Part shown: positions 50,186 through 59,878 of the stretch, piece after piece
How positions within the stretch are numbered: the stretch's first letter is position 1
Layout: each line of letters begins with the position of its first letter
Assembly: GCA_024399115.1 (NCBI GenBank)
Contig: JAKSHZ010000005.1
Coordinates: forward strand, 1,853-65,852
DNA length: 64,000 nucleotides
Direction: 5' to 3'
DNA from: Bacilli bacterium
GTDB taxonomy: Bacteria > Bacillota_I > Bacilli_A > RFN20 > CAG-826
Made by a program: the position numbers and the translations under genes
The notes under the pieces: generated by a model
The model's input: the letters and a program-made list of their open reading frames with translations, nothing else
What the model was told of the DNA's origin: nothing
Databases searched by the model: none

Positions 50186-51400
50186 ATGCAAATTTTCGAA
50201 GAATTACAAAGAAGAGGTTTAATCGCACAAGTTACAGATGAACCTGAAATTAAAGAATTGATCAACAACGGAGGAGCAAAATTCTATATCGGTTTTGATC
50301 CAACTGCTGATTCTTTACACGTTGGTCATTTTATGACCATCGTACTCATGAAAAGATTACAATTAGCAGGAAATAAACCAATCGTTCTTTTAGGTGGCGG
50401 AACTGGCTTAATCGGTGACCCATCAGGAAGAACTGATATGAGAAACGTTCTTTCTATCGAACAAGTTAACCACAACTGTGAATGTTTCAAAAAACAAATT
50501 GGTAAATTCATTGAATTTGGTGAAGACAAAGCAATTTGTGTTAACAACGGTGACTGGTTAAGAGACTTAAAGTACATTGAAGTACTTAGAGACGTAGGCG
50601 CTTGTTTCTCAGTTAACAAAATGTTATCTGCTGAATGTTACAAGCAAAGAATGGAAAGAGGTCTTTCATTCTTAGAATTCAACTACATGATTATGCAAAG
50701 CTATGACTTCTATAGATTACACGAAGACTATGGCTGTAACATGGAATTCGGTGGCGACGATCAATGGAGTAACATGCTCGGTGGTACTGAATTAATCAGA
50801 AAGAAAACTGGTAAAGACGCATACTGCTTAACTATCCCGCTATTAACAACTGCTGACGGCAAGAAAATGGGCAAGAGCGCTAAAGGTGCAGTCTGGCTCG
50901 ATAAAGATAAATATTCAGTCTATGATTTCTACCAATTCTGGAGAAATGTTGCTGATGCAGACGTTATTAAATTCATGAAAGTATTAACCTTCATTCCTAT
51001 CGAAGAAATCGAAGAAATGGAAAAATGGGACGGAAGTAGAATTAATGAATTAAAAGAAATGTTAGCTATGGAAATCACAACTATGGTCCACAGTAAAGAA
51101 GAAGCAGAAAAAGCACGCGATGCAGCTAAAGCTTTATTCTCAGGTGCTGGAGATGATTCAAATATGCCAACAAGCGAAATCACTATTGAAGGTGATGATG
51201 CTGGAATCCTTGATGTTCTTCTTGCAGCAAAATTAATCCCTTCAAAAGGCGAAGGAAGAAGATTAATTGAACAAGGTGGTATCTCAATGGATGACGAAAA
51301 AGTCACAAATCCAAATATGAGAATTTCTCGTGATCAATTAACAACAGGAATCAAAATTAGAAAAGGCAAAAAAGTTTTCCAAAGGATTATTGTTAAGTAA
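50186..51400 (+). CDS. tyrS: tyrosyl-tRNA synthetase
   Basis: HVGH (LHVGHFMT) and KMGKS motifs. Start at the ATG at 50186 with GGAGG upstream. The track's earlier start lies in the T-box leader. Confidence 0.95.
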   Translation: MQIFEELQRRGLIAQVTDEPEIKELINNGGAKFYIGFDPTADSLHVGHFMTIVLMKRLQLAGNKPIVLLGGGTGLIGDPSGRTDMRNVLSIEQVNHNCECFKKQIGKFIEFGEDKAICVNNGDWLRDLKYIEVLRDVGACFSVNKMLSAECYKQRMERGLSFLEFNYMIMQSYDFYRLHEDYGCNMEFGGDDQWSNMLGGTELIRKKTGKDAYCLTIPLLTTADGKKMGKSAKGAVWLDKDKYSVYDFYQFWRNVADADVIKFMKVLTFIPIEEIEEMEKWDGSRINELKEMLAMEITTMVHSKEEAEKARDAAKALFSGAGDDSNMPTSEITIEGDDAGILDVLLAAKLIPSKGEGRRLIEQGGISMDDEKVTNPNMRISRDQLTTGIKIRKGKKVFQRIIVK

Positions 51401-51425
51401 TTGTAGGATATTACTCTATCTATAA

Positions 51426-51455
51426 AAAAGTCGACTTAAATGTCGACTTTTTCTT
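51426..51455. terminator. bidirectional rho-independent terminator
   Basis: AGTCGAC-ttaaat-GTCGACT flanked by A6 and T5. Confidence 0.6.
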
Positions 51456-52212
51456 CGTATTTTAAGTTGTATCTTTCTATCAATTCGAATGCTCTCTCAA
51501 AGCATACTGTATCTAGCATTTCAGGTTTATGTGCGTCTGCACCTATTACAACTCTAACTCCATAAGTAGATGCGATTTTCCAGAATTCTTCATTAGGATA
51601 TCTCCATCTTGTAACGTCACCACTTCTTGTTTGACATAAGTTAATCTCTAAAGGGATATCATATTGAATTGCAGCTTTACATATTTGATGTGCCATCGAT
51701 TCGAACTCAGGGGTCCAATGATCTTCTAATAAGCAATATACATCTGGATGAGCTACATACTTGAATATACCTGATGCCATACCCTTAATTAATAGCTCAA
51801 TATACTTGGTTTCACTTTTAATAACATCTTCTGCGTACCATGTACAACTTGCGAACTCTCCGTTCTCAGTGAAATAAAAGTGTTGACCTAAAATAAGATA
51901 ATCTACTTTTTTAGTTGCTAACAATTCTTTATAAAACGAAGCGAATTCTTCGAAATATTCGCATTCTAAACCACAATGTATTGTGATTTGATCTTTATAT
52001 TTTTCTTGAAGAGATCTAATAGAAGCTAAATATCCTTCAAGTTCAGAATAGTCACCACGAATACCTTTTTGAGTCATTCCAGGAAGCATAACGTGATCAG
52101 AAAATCCTAAGACTTTATATCCATCATCAATAGCTCTTAAAACATACTCTTCATCTTCTCCAGAGGCATGGCCACATCTTTTTGTATGTGTATGGTAGTT
52201 ATACTTTAACAT
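51436..52212 (-). CDS. PHP-domain phosphoesterase (histidinol-phosphatase family)
   Basis: YHTHTKRCGHA N-terminal PHP motif; 258 aa. Confidence 0.65.
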   Translation of the reverse strand: MLKYNYHTHTKRCGHASGEDEEYVLRAIDDGYKVLGFSDHVMLPGMTQKGIRGDYSELEGYLASIRSLQEKYKDQITIHCGLECEYFEEFASFYKELLATKKVDYLILGQHFYFTENGEFASCTWYAEDVIKSETKYIELLIKGMASGIFKYVAHPDVYCLLEDHWTPEFESMAHQICKAAIQYDIPLEINLCQTRSGDVTRWRYPNEEFWKIASTYGVRVVIGADAHKPEMLDTVCFERAFELIERYNLKYEEKVDI

Positions 52213-53291
52213 ATAGATTTAGCCACCTTCTCAGCACTAGCGAAAGCCCACATTAAGTTAAAGCCTCCACATTTAGCATCAACATCCACCATTTCACCAA
52301 TAAAGTAGACTCCATTTTCGTGTTTGCTCTCTAGAGAATCACTTAAATCGTCTAATGATACTCCACCAGAAGAAACTTGTGAATTTTCAAATCCATATAA
52401 GCTCTTAAAAGTAAATTTAACACTATGGATATCTAGATTATTCTTAATTAAATACGATGAAAGTTTTTCATTTAAATACGAATTGTAATCATCTTTTGAA
52501 ATGCGCTCTTTTATCTCTGGAACGAAATCAACATTAAATGTAGTTGTTTCGTTGTGTAGGTTATACTTATTGATAACGAACGCCATATTGAAAATAACGA
52601 TACCACTAATTGAATCACTTCTAAATTGAACCTCTCCAAGTTCAGAAGTAACTTCTTTTCCGTTATCGAATAAAGTTACTTTAGCTTTAGCTCTTACCCC
52701 ATCTAGTTTATTGACATTTTCCCTAACTTTGATTGGGCAAAGTGAAGGAGATAATTTTTCAATTTTATAGTTATGGCTTTCCAAAATAGAGAAAATACTA
52801 CCATCACTTCCTAATTGTGGTGAGCTTTTACCACCACACGCAAAAATTAATTTATCGAGCTTATAATTTTTGCCAGAGACGCTTATTTCTTTTTTATTTG
52901 TATATGAAATAATCTTTGCATTTAAGACAACTTGAATGTCTAATTCGATTACCCTACAAATTAATTTCTCAGCAACTGTAGCAGCACTTAATGAATAAGG
53001 ATAATACAAACTGTCAATTTTTCTTGATTTAATCCCAATTGAATCAAAATACTTATCTAATTTCTCATGGTTAAATTCGTTAACGGTAGAAATAGCGAAT
53101 TTGTTATTATATGCATCAACAATTGGATCTGAATTCGCAAAATTGCATCTTCCATTACCAGTTGCATAAATCTTTTTTAGAAGTTTATCAGAACGTTCGA
53201 AAATAACTACATCATAATTTGGATGTAATTCTTTAATTCTAATTGCAGCAAATACGCCACTAGCTCCACCACCAATAATTCCGATTTTCAT
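52206..53291 (-). CDS. HI0933/BaiN-family FAD-dependent flavoprotein
   Basis: IIGGGASGVFAAIR dinucleotide-binding motif followed by GNGRCN; 361 aa. Confidence 0.7.
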   Translation of the reverse strand: MKIGIIGGGASGVFAAIRIKELHPNYDVVIFERSDKLLKKIYATGNGRCNFANSDPIVDAYNNKFAISTVNEFNHEKLDKYFDSIGIKSRKIDSLYYPYSLSAATVAEKLICRVIELDIQVVLNAKIISYTNKKEISVSGKNYKLDKLIFACGGKSSPQLGSDGSIFSILESHNYKIEKLSPSLCPIKVRENVNKLDGVRAKAKVTLFDNGKEVTSELGEVQFRSDSISGIVIFNMAFVINKYNLHNETTTFNVDFVPEIKERISKDDYNSYLNEKLSSYLIKNNLDIHSVKFTFKSLYGFENSQVSSGGVSLDDLSDSLESKHENGVYFIGEMVDVDAKCGGFNLMWAFASAEKVAKSIC

Positions 53292-53321
53292 ATTCTTATT
53301 ATCTCACATGTGCTTTGCACA

Positions 53322-54227
53322 TTACATAGATTTATCCAATTCCGTAAAATCATTTAAATTAATACTGCCTAAAACGTTTTCTATTACTTTGTTTGTATTA
53401 ATTCCCATCTTTGCCGTCTGATCCTTTAATTCTTTCAATAACTCACTATGCATTGATAGATATTTACTTATAAACGATGAAATAGCAGTAAATTCGTCGA
53501 ATGATACAAATGATGCCTTAGTGGCATTATCGACAATGTTTTCTAGAATCATAGCTACTCTTTTACTTTTCAAAGAAATTCTTTTGACACCTAGCACTAA
53601 TCTCTTAGGATTTTTGTAGCAAAATATACTCTTAGTTTCGTTTGATAAATCTAACAAAGCAATAACTTCTAGCCCTTTAAACTGAGACTTTGTGTAATCG
53701 ATTAACTCCATTGATGGATTGGAAATAACAACAACCTTATCTTTATTGTTTTCGAATATTTTTTGAAGAATTTTTCGTGTGAAAATTTCGTTATTATTTG
53801 AAAGAAAAATAAGATCAGAAATGTTAAAAATATTTTCATTAGAAGTCGCAGATAAAACTATACCATTTTCTTCAATAAATGTAGATATATCCCCTTGTAT
53901 AGCGTGATATTGGCCACTTTTTAAGGATTTTACTACATCATTATTTTCATCAAAAAATGTTACTTTATTTTTCTTTGCTAGAAGGGTTCCAAATGCTACG
54001 CTTTTTGAGTTAATTTCTACAACGCAAATGTTTTCATTTTTTAGATCTTTTCGAATAATATTTGTTGGCAATTTGGTTAATTTTGACTGAATTAATTCAT
54101 GGCGATAAGTCTTATTACTTTCTTCTGATAATTCATATCTTTTATAAGTTCTTAAAGGCATATTCAAAAGCTTTGAGACCTCTATTTGCGAATAACCTTT
54201 CTTTAATCTGATACTTTTTAAACTCAT
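53322..54227 (-). CDS. XRE-family HTH protein fused to an uncharacterised alpha/beta C-terminal domain
   Basis: N-terminal LKKGYSQIEVSKLLNMPLRTYKRYE HTH. The C-terminal 220 aa match no motif I recognise. Confidence 0.6.
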   Translation of the reverse strand: MSLKSIRLKKGYSQIEVSKLLNMPLRTYKRYELSEESNKTYRHELIQSKLTKLPTNIIRKDLKNENICVVEINSKSVAFGTLLAKKNKVTFFDENNDVVKSLKSGQYHAIQGDISTFIEENGIVLSATSNENIFNISDLIFLSNNNEIFTRKILQKIFENNKDKVVVISNPSMELIDYTKSQFKGLEVIALLDLSNETKSIFCYKNPKRLVLGVKRISLKSKRVAMILENIVDNATKASFVSFDEFTAISSFISKYLSMHSELLKELKDQTAKMGINTNKVIENVLGSINLNDFTELDKSM

Positions 54228-54371
54228 ATATTCATTCTATTCTTATTAATTACTAATATAAAGACAAAAGTGTCATTTTGGCACTATTAAGACTATTTAT
54301 TTCATTGTATATACTTGCATTTCAGTTATGATGTTCTCGTGGAAAGGACGTTAGGATATTACTTGAGACAG

Positions 54372-54623
54372 ATGCGCTTATTACGTGGTTATCCCCAAAC
54401 CCTAGTTTCCAAGACATTAAATATTCACAGTTCAACGCTTTCCAAGTATGAAAACGATTATCTCCTACCTAACGTCCACGTCCTTATTAATCTTTCTATT
54501 CTTTACAAAACAAGTGTAGATAAACTTATTGGACATAGCTACAAAAATAGCCCTAAAAAATTAGGGCATAAATTCTATAACGATATTGAATGTTCTTTAG
54601 AACAATTAGATAAACAAAGGTAA
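54372..54623 (+). CDS. small XRE-family HTH regulator
   Basis: LVSKTLNIHSSTLSKYEN HTH. The first in-frame ATG is at 54372; the track start is a TTG. No clear SD. Confidence 0.55.
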   Translation: MRLLRGYPQTLVSKTLNIHSSTLSKYENDYLLPNVHVLINLSILYKTSVDKLIGHSYKNSPKKLGHKFYNDIECSLEQLDKQR

Positions 54624-55913
54624 TATAGCGATTGCTGCAACAGCTGTTGGGATTCCAATTACTAAGCCATATTTAACGAAATCTAAAAATGTGTATTTTA
54701 CGTTATGGTTTGATAAGATTCCCATCCACATAATTCCTGCAAGAGCTCCTAATGGAGTTATGAATGCTCCTAAGTTGCTTCCAATAATTGAAGAATACAC
54801 TGGAAGCATAGTTAAATTAACGCCCATATTTGAAATAATTTCAGAGAATAAAACAGACATCGGGATATTGTTAACTAAGTTACAAGCGACTAATGAAGTA
54901 AATCCATAAACAAAATTAGTTCCTTTTGTACCGAATAATTCACATAATGAAGCAGAAATTCCGTAATAAGTTAAACAAAGTGAAATTGTAAACATTCCTA
55001 AAAGGAATGGTATTAACTCATATGGCAATCTCTTGAATGTATCTAAAAGCCCATTTGGCTTTTCTTTTTTTATTAAGCAATATGCCAAGCAAGAAATAAC
55101 TAAAATCACGAAACACGATAACGAAACTAAGTACATTTCGAGAAAATCAATATAGCTAGAAAGTACCAATAAGACCGTACATATACCGAGAATAACGACA
55201 CCGACTATTGTTAAAGGCACTGACTTCAACATTGCAACTTCCTCTGAATATTCAAAGTTTGTTTTTAGATCTTTTCTGAAAATTAAATATAACACTGACA
55301 TCTCGACAATACCTGCAACAAGTGTTGGAATAGCCATAACCTTGAAATAATCAATGAACTTAATTCCAAAATAAGAACCGAGATAAATATTTGTAGGATT
55401 TCCAATGATGAACATCATGCTCCAAGTATTAGCTAAAATAAATTCACTCACTAAATAAGGAATTGGATTACATTTTGTTCTCTTGCAAAAGAAAATAATG
55501 AATGGAGTAAAAGTTAAAATGACTATGTCATTTGAAGTAAACATAGTTAGTACAGCGATAAGTGCACATAAAGCAAAATATACTTTGATTTGTGATGATT
55601 TACTTTTACTAACTACTTTATAAGCTAAGTAAGAAAACAATCCCATCTCATCTAAGAAAATTGATAGGCCAGTCATGCTTAAGAATAAGATTAAAATCTT
55701 AACAGGATTCATTCCACTATTAGAAAATAATCCGTCTGTGAATTCGTTAAATGGAATAAATTTAAAGAGAACAAAAATAATTCCTATTAATAAAGGAAAG
55801 GCCCAATATAACTTAAGATTATAATTCCTAATCTTAATTCCGAAGTTAGTTACGGAACTTACTATCAATCCAATTAATGCGACGATGGAAAGAATAATTA
55901 CAGCAATTTTCAT
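54606..55913 (-). CDS. ArsB/NhaD-superfamily permease (12-TM anion/cation transporter)
   Basis: 435 aa, polytopic. Overlaps the malQ stop by 4 nt. Confidence 0.55.
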   Translation of the reverse strand: MKIAVIILSIVALIGLIVSSVTNFGIKIRNYNLKLYWAFPLLIGIIFVLFKFIPFNEFTDGLFSNSGMNPVKILILFLSMTGLSIFLDEMGLFSYLAYKVVSKSKSSQIKVYFALCALIAVLTMFTSNDIVILTFTPFIIFFCKRTKCNPIPYLVSEFILANTWSMMFIIGNPTNIYLGSYFGIKFIDYFKVMAIPTLVAGIVEMSVLYLIFRKDLKTNFEYSEEVAMLKSVPLTIVGVVILGICTVLLVLSSYIDFLEMYLVSLSCFVILVISCLAYCLIKKEKPNGLLDTFKRLPYELIPFLLGMFTISLCLTYYGISASLCELFGTKGTNFVYGFTSLVACNLVNNIPMSVLFSEIISNMGVNLTMLPVYSSIIGSNLGAFITPLGALAGIMWMGILSNHNVKYTFLDFVKYGLVIGIPTAVAAIAILPLFI

Positions 55914-57319
55914 AATCCGTATTTAATCTTTTTAATGTATGAACTATCAACTAATTTCCATTCCCAGTTAGGAGAGCCAACTGTTCCAGGAAGATTCATA
56001 CGAGCAGATGTATCTAATCTCATTAAATCTTGTAATGGGAAAATAGTCATATATGAATCCATTTCCCAAGTAAAATCAAAGATTAATTCAAATAAATCAC
56101 CTTCTCCAAATCTACGTTTCAAGAAAGAAATAGCGTTTTCATCTAAATTATTAATCCAACCTTGAAGGGTGTCATTATCATGAGTTCCAGGATAAACAAT
56201 TTGAGTGTCTTTAGACTTACACCACTCATCAAAAATAGTAAATTGGGTAATGTACATACCTGGGAATTCATAATAATCTCTTAAATCATGAACACTTTGG
56301 AATAATTCTCCTAAGTCTTCAGCAATAACATTAATATCAGGATATGCAGCAAACAATGAATCAAAGAACTTTGTTCTTGGTCCGATTTTCCATTCCCCTC
56401 TTCTTGCGTTTTCATCTGTTGCAGGGATGACACAATATGTATCCCATGCTCTGAAGTGATCAAGTCTTAAATAATCACAAGTTGAAGCAAGATAACCAAT
56501 TCTATGAACTAAGAATTTAAAGTTATCTTTTTGCATTTTTTCAAAATCAAAAATAGGTGTGCCCCATAATTGTCCATCATCACTAAAAGCATCTGGTGGA
56601 CATCCACTGACTAATGTTGGTTCATAGTGTTCGTTCATTACGAATTGATCTTTATTTAACCAGCAATCAGTTGAATCGATACCGACATAGAAAGGACAAT
56701 CAGCAATTAATTTTAAGTCTATCTTTTTAAGATAATCTCTAAGTGCTTCATATTGTAATTTTGCGATAAATTGGCAGAAAATGTAGAATTCGCATTCATT
56801 TTCTGCTCCTTTTGGAATCTCATTTATTGCGTGATTGTCATAATAGAATTTCATCTCTGGATTCCAAGAATTCCAAATAGCAAAATTATTTACCCCTCTA
56901 AAATATGTAAAGACTGCATAAGGATAAACCCATTGATTTTCCTTAAGGAACTTCTTATATCCTCTAAATGGGTGTTTTTTAAAATTAATAAAAGCTCTCA
57001 TTAAGTATGTCTTTTTAAATTCCCATACTTTTTGATAATCAACTTTATCTCCGCTTGGGTATTTTTTAACACTATTTAACAAGCCTTTTTTGACTAACCA
57101 ATTAAGGTCGATATATCTAGGTTCGATTGCTTCGCTACATACTGAGATGTACGGAGAGTTTCCTGGACCGACTGGGTTAATTGGTAAAATTTGCCAGTAC
57201 TTATAGCCTTTTGCTTTAATTGTGTCTGCAAAAGTATAAGCAGCTTGTCCAAAGTCACCAATTCCATGGTCTCCCGGTAAAGAAGATATCGCTAGTAAGA
57301 CACCATATTTATCGTTCAT
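55910..57319 (-). CDS. malQ: 4-alpha-glucanotransferase (amylomaltase)
   Basis: GVLLAISSLPGDHGIGDFG N-terminus; GH77 length (469 aa). Confidence 0.9.
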   Translation of the reverse strand: MNDKYGVLLAISSLPGDHGIGDFGQAAYTFADTIKAKGYKYWQILPINPVGPGNSPYISVCSEAIEPRYIDLNWLVKKGLLNSVKKYPSGDKVDYQKVWEFKKTYLMRAFINFKKHPFRGYKKFLKENQWVYPYAVFTYFRGVNNFAIWNSWNPEMKFYYDNHAINEIPKGAENECEFYIFCQFIAKLQYEALRDYLKKIDLKLIADCPFYVGIDSTDCWLNKDQFVMNEHYEPTLVSGCPPDAFSDDGQLWGTPIFDFEKMQKDNFKFLVHRIGYLASTCDYLRLDHFRAWDTYCVIPATDENARRGEWKIGPRTKFFDSLFAAYPDINVIAEDLGELFQSVHDLRDYYEFPGMYITQFTIFDEWCKSKDTQIVYPGTHDNDTLQGWINNLDENAISFLKRRFGEGDLFELIFDFTWEMDSYMTIFPLQDLMRLDTSARMNLPGTVGSPNWEWKLVDSSYIKKIKYGL

Positions 57320-57320
57320 A

Positions 57321-57878
57321 TTACTTGAGATATCCTTCCTTAACTAAGAGTTCTAGAACTCTAGCTTCTCTTTCAATCATAGTTGGATCTTTTGGTCCAT
57401 GTTCTGGTTTTCTATTAGCCTCTAAAGCAACTTTGTAATCAACATATTCGAGAGTGAAGTGCTCTTCAGCCTCGTATGCATCGAGGTTTTGTTCGAAAAC
57501 TCCATCAACTACATCGCAGAAATAATAATAATTATCTTGGATGAAAAGGTCGCAATCAAAACGAACTCCCTTTTGAATTCTACGAACTAAACCATATTCT
57601 TTTATAGATTCAGGAATAACAATTAATCCTGCTTCTTCTTTTGTTTCTCTGATAAGTGCATCAATATTAGATTCGCCCTTATCAATTCCCCCGCCTGGAA
57701 ATTTATAATAATCATACTTTAAAGAGTGGACCATATAAATCTTATTATCTTTGATAATAATAGAACGCGATGAAGGCCTTACTAGCTTAATTCCATTAGG
57801 ATTATAATTCTTTAAATCTATTACAAATAGTTCTCTCATTAGCAAGTTCCTTCCCCGTTTTTCCAAAACGCAATTCAT
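57321..57878 (-). CDS. NUDIX hydrolase
   Basis: Nudix box GGGIDKGESNIDALIRETKEEAGL. Stop is 1 nt before the malQ ATG. Confidence 0.8.
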   Translation of the reverse strand: MNCVLEKRGRNLLMRELFVIDLKNYNPNGIKLVRPSSRSIIIKDNKIYMVHSLKYDYYKFPGGGIDKGESNIDALIRETKEEAGLIVIPESIKEYGLVRRIQKGVRFDCDLFIQDNYYYFCDVVDGVFEQNLDAYEAEEHFTLEYVDYKVALEANRKPEHGPKDPTMIEREARVLELLVKEGYLK

Positions 57879-57977
57879 ATTCTAATCCTTTTTTATCTCT
57901 AATAATATAAAAATTATTAGTTTTTTGTTTTCTTTATTAGTAGTAATATGTAATTAACAAAACCGGAGGATAGCAAT

Positions 57978-58979
57978 ATGTCAAAAAAGACCACTACTGA
58001 TCAAAATAAGAAAATGACTATTGATGAATATATCGATAAATACTCACTTCCAAAAAGACAAAAAGAATATAAAGCTCTTCTTGCTTTATTTGTTTCTGCT
58101 ATCGGAGTGATTATTGGAGTAATGCTTTTCTTCTTTGTAGAAAAGTTATTCCAAATGAATGAATATGTCGGCTATGCTGGCATTGTATTAAGTGTTGTTT
58201 TATTTGTTCTTCTATACATTGTCCCAATTGTAAAAATCTCAAAAACTAACTTCTTCATGACTGACGTTAATAAAGAAAACGCAAGAGCAGCAAAAAGATA
58301 TAACAGAAGAATGCGTGAAGATATCGCTGATAAAATGATCGACATGAAACAAGCTACAAAAGATAATGGCTGGTTCTCTGATGAAAAAATTACTGAAATC
58401 GCGATTGCTAGAGCAAAAGACGACGATAAAGCTTTAAGCACTGCTCTTACTAATATCTATAACACTGATATTAAGGATGCAGCTCATAAATTAATTACAG
58501 ACTCAGCTGTTCAAGTTGGTATCTCTACATCCATCTCTCAATCTGAAAAAATCGATACATTAATCGTCACAGTTGCAGAGTTAAATTTAGTAAAGAAAAT
58601 CGTATATCTTTATGGATATAGACCAAACGACGCTCAAATGTTAAAGATTTATAAGACCGTTTTCTCTAATGCAATCTTTGCATATGGAGTTCAAGCATCA
58701 GCAGGCGCTGTTGCAGGCGGTATAGCAAAATTAATCGGAAGTGCTGCTGAAGCAATTCCATTAATTTCAACTGTTATCGGAAGCGTATCTTCTGGCATCA
58801 TTAATTCAACATTAACAGTTATGATTGGTTTCCAAACAATCAGATACTTAAAACGTGAATATAAACTTCAAGAAATCCTCGATGGCATCGAGATTGAAGA
58901 GTCCGAAGAAGCCGAAGCAAAAATGATTAGCAACGTCAAAAATAGCGTTGTTAAAACAACTAAGAATAAAGCTGCTTAA
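57978..58979 (+). CDS. membrane protein, DUF697/YcjF-like (tentative)
   Basis: 2 N-terminal TM helices, a central soluble region, and a C-terminal Gly/Ala-rich amphipathic segment (GVQASAGAVAGGIAKLIGSAAEAIP). GGAGG SD upstream. Confidence 0.5.
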   Translation: MSKKTTTDQNKKMTIDEYIDKYSLPKRQKEYKALLALFVSAIGVIIGVMLFFFVEKLFQMNEYVGYAGIVLSVVLFVLLYIVPIVKISKTNFFMTDVNKENARAAKRYNRRMREDIADKMIDMKQATKDNGWFSDEKITEIAIARAKDDDKALSTALTNIYNTDIKDAAHKLITDSAVQVGISTSISQSEKIDTLIVTVAELNLVKKIVYLYGYRPNDAQMLKIYKTVFSNAIFAYGVQASAGAVAGGIAKLIGSAAEAIPLISTVIGSVSSGIINSTLTVMIGFQTIRYLKREYKLQEILDGIEIEESEEAEAKMISNVKNSVVKTTKNKAA

Positions 58980-59689
58980 TTTTTAATTAACTTATTAAGA
59001 AATATCAAAAGATCCGAGTTATCAGTTGATATTTCTTTTTTTATGTCACTGTAGTTTGCTTTTACGAGACAATTTCTAAAATGTTCTGAACCTTCAATAA
59101 AAACACTAGTATCAAGATTGAATCCTAAACTTTCAAGATACTTAATTAAAAAGATTGCTGTTGTTCTTGTGTTTCCTTCTTCAAAAGGATGTATTTGCCA
59201 CAAATCTGTAACAAAGTTAGCGATATGCTCAATTTTCTTATCAAATGTTTTTCCTTTGTATGTAAAGCTTTTCTCTTTTTTAAGATCGTAATGAATGGTC
59301 TCTTCAAGTTCTCTAAAATCACAATACGAGACTGATGCACCATTCAATATTGATTCCTTTTTAGAAATATTAAACGTTCTGAATTTACCACCGCTTTGAT
59401 AGATGTCCTTAAATAAAAATGCATGAATATTTTTAAAGAAACTCAAAGAAAATTCAAATGTTGTTTCATCAAGTAATTTTGCAATTCTTATAGCAACAAG
59501 ATCTGCTTCAAAAACCCTGCTTTCAGCTTGATTATTTTTTACAGCATCTTCGAAACTGTTTAAGTCAATATCCCCATTTACATACCGAGATAATTGTTCA
59601 TTAAAAACTGAAGAATTCGTTAAGTTGTCGACTTTCTGAAGCCCTATTCCAACAAATAAATTTTGAATCTTTTTTTCCTTAATTTGCAT
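58976..59689 (-). CDS. Fic/DOC-family protein with non-canonical motif HPFEEGNTRTT
   Basis: 237 aa. The Fic core HPFx(D/E)GNGRxxR appears here as HPFEEGNTR-TT. Its stop codon overlaps the stop of the convergent gene. No SD before the ATG. Confidence 0.7.
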   Translation of the reverse strand: MQIKEKKIQNLFVGIGLQKVDNLTNSSVFNEQLSRYVNGDIDLNSFEDAVKNNQAESRVFEADLVAIRIAKLLDETTFEFSLSFFKNIHAFLFKDIYQSGGKFRTFNISKKESILNGASVSYCDFRELEETIHYDLKKEKSFTYKGKTFDKKIEHIANFVTDLWQIHPFEEGNTRTTAIFLIKYLESLGFNLDTSVFIEGSEHFRNCLVKANYSDIKKEISTDNSDLLIFLNKLIKN

Positions 59690-59738
59690 ACTATAATTTT
59701 ATCATTTTTAGATGCATAAACCAATCGAACATAAAGGA

Positions 59739-59772
59739 AAAAACAAAAAAAGGATGCTATGCATCCTAATTA
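59739..59772 (-). terminator. terminator after tRNA-Ala
   Basis: AGGATGC-tatg-GCATCCT hairpin followed by a T-run on the minus strand. Confidence 0.5.
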
Positions 59773-59776
59773 ATAC

Positions 59777-59852
59777 TGGTGGACCTGAAGAGGCTCGAAC
59801 TCTCCACCTCTTCCATGCCATGGAAGCGCTCTCCCAGATGAGCTACAGGCCC
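59777..59852 (-). tRNA. tRNA-Ala (anticodon GGC)
   Basis: Reverse complement folds as GGGCCTG / GCTC-ATCTGGGA-GAGC / CTTCC-ATGGCAT-GGAAG / GAGAG-TTCGAGC-CTCTT / CAGGTCC-A-CCA. The G3:U70 alanine identity pair is present. Confidence 0.85.
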
Positions 59853-59878
59853 AAGAGACTTGTTAAAAAGTCTACTCG

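Noticed and set aside
50929-51306. 125-aa antisense ORF inside tyrS, and similar ORFs (12453-12830 inside glgD/glgC, 32536-32850 inside the EamA gene, 10234-10488 inside glgA, 568-756 over the ezrA/nifS junction)
   Set aside because: They are entirely nested antisense or out-of-frame within strongly supported conserved genes. They have low-complexity, Ser/Pro/Leu-rich composition typical of spurious ORFs and no SD.
53322-54227. Rgg/RRNPP-type quorum-sensing regulator interpretation of the 301-aa XRE protein
   Set aside because: The C-terminal domain looks alpha/beta (alternating hydrophobic beta-strands such as ICVVEINSKSVAF and VVVISNPS) rather than all-helical TPR. No short peptide gene follows.
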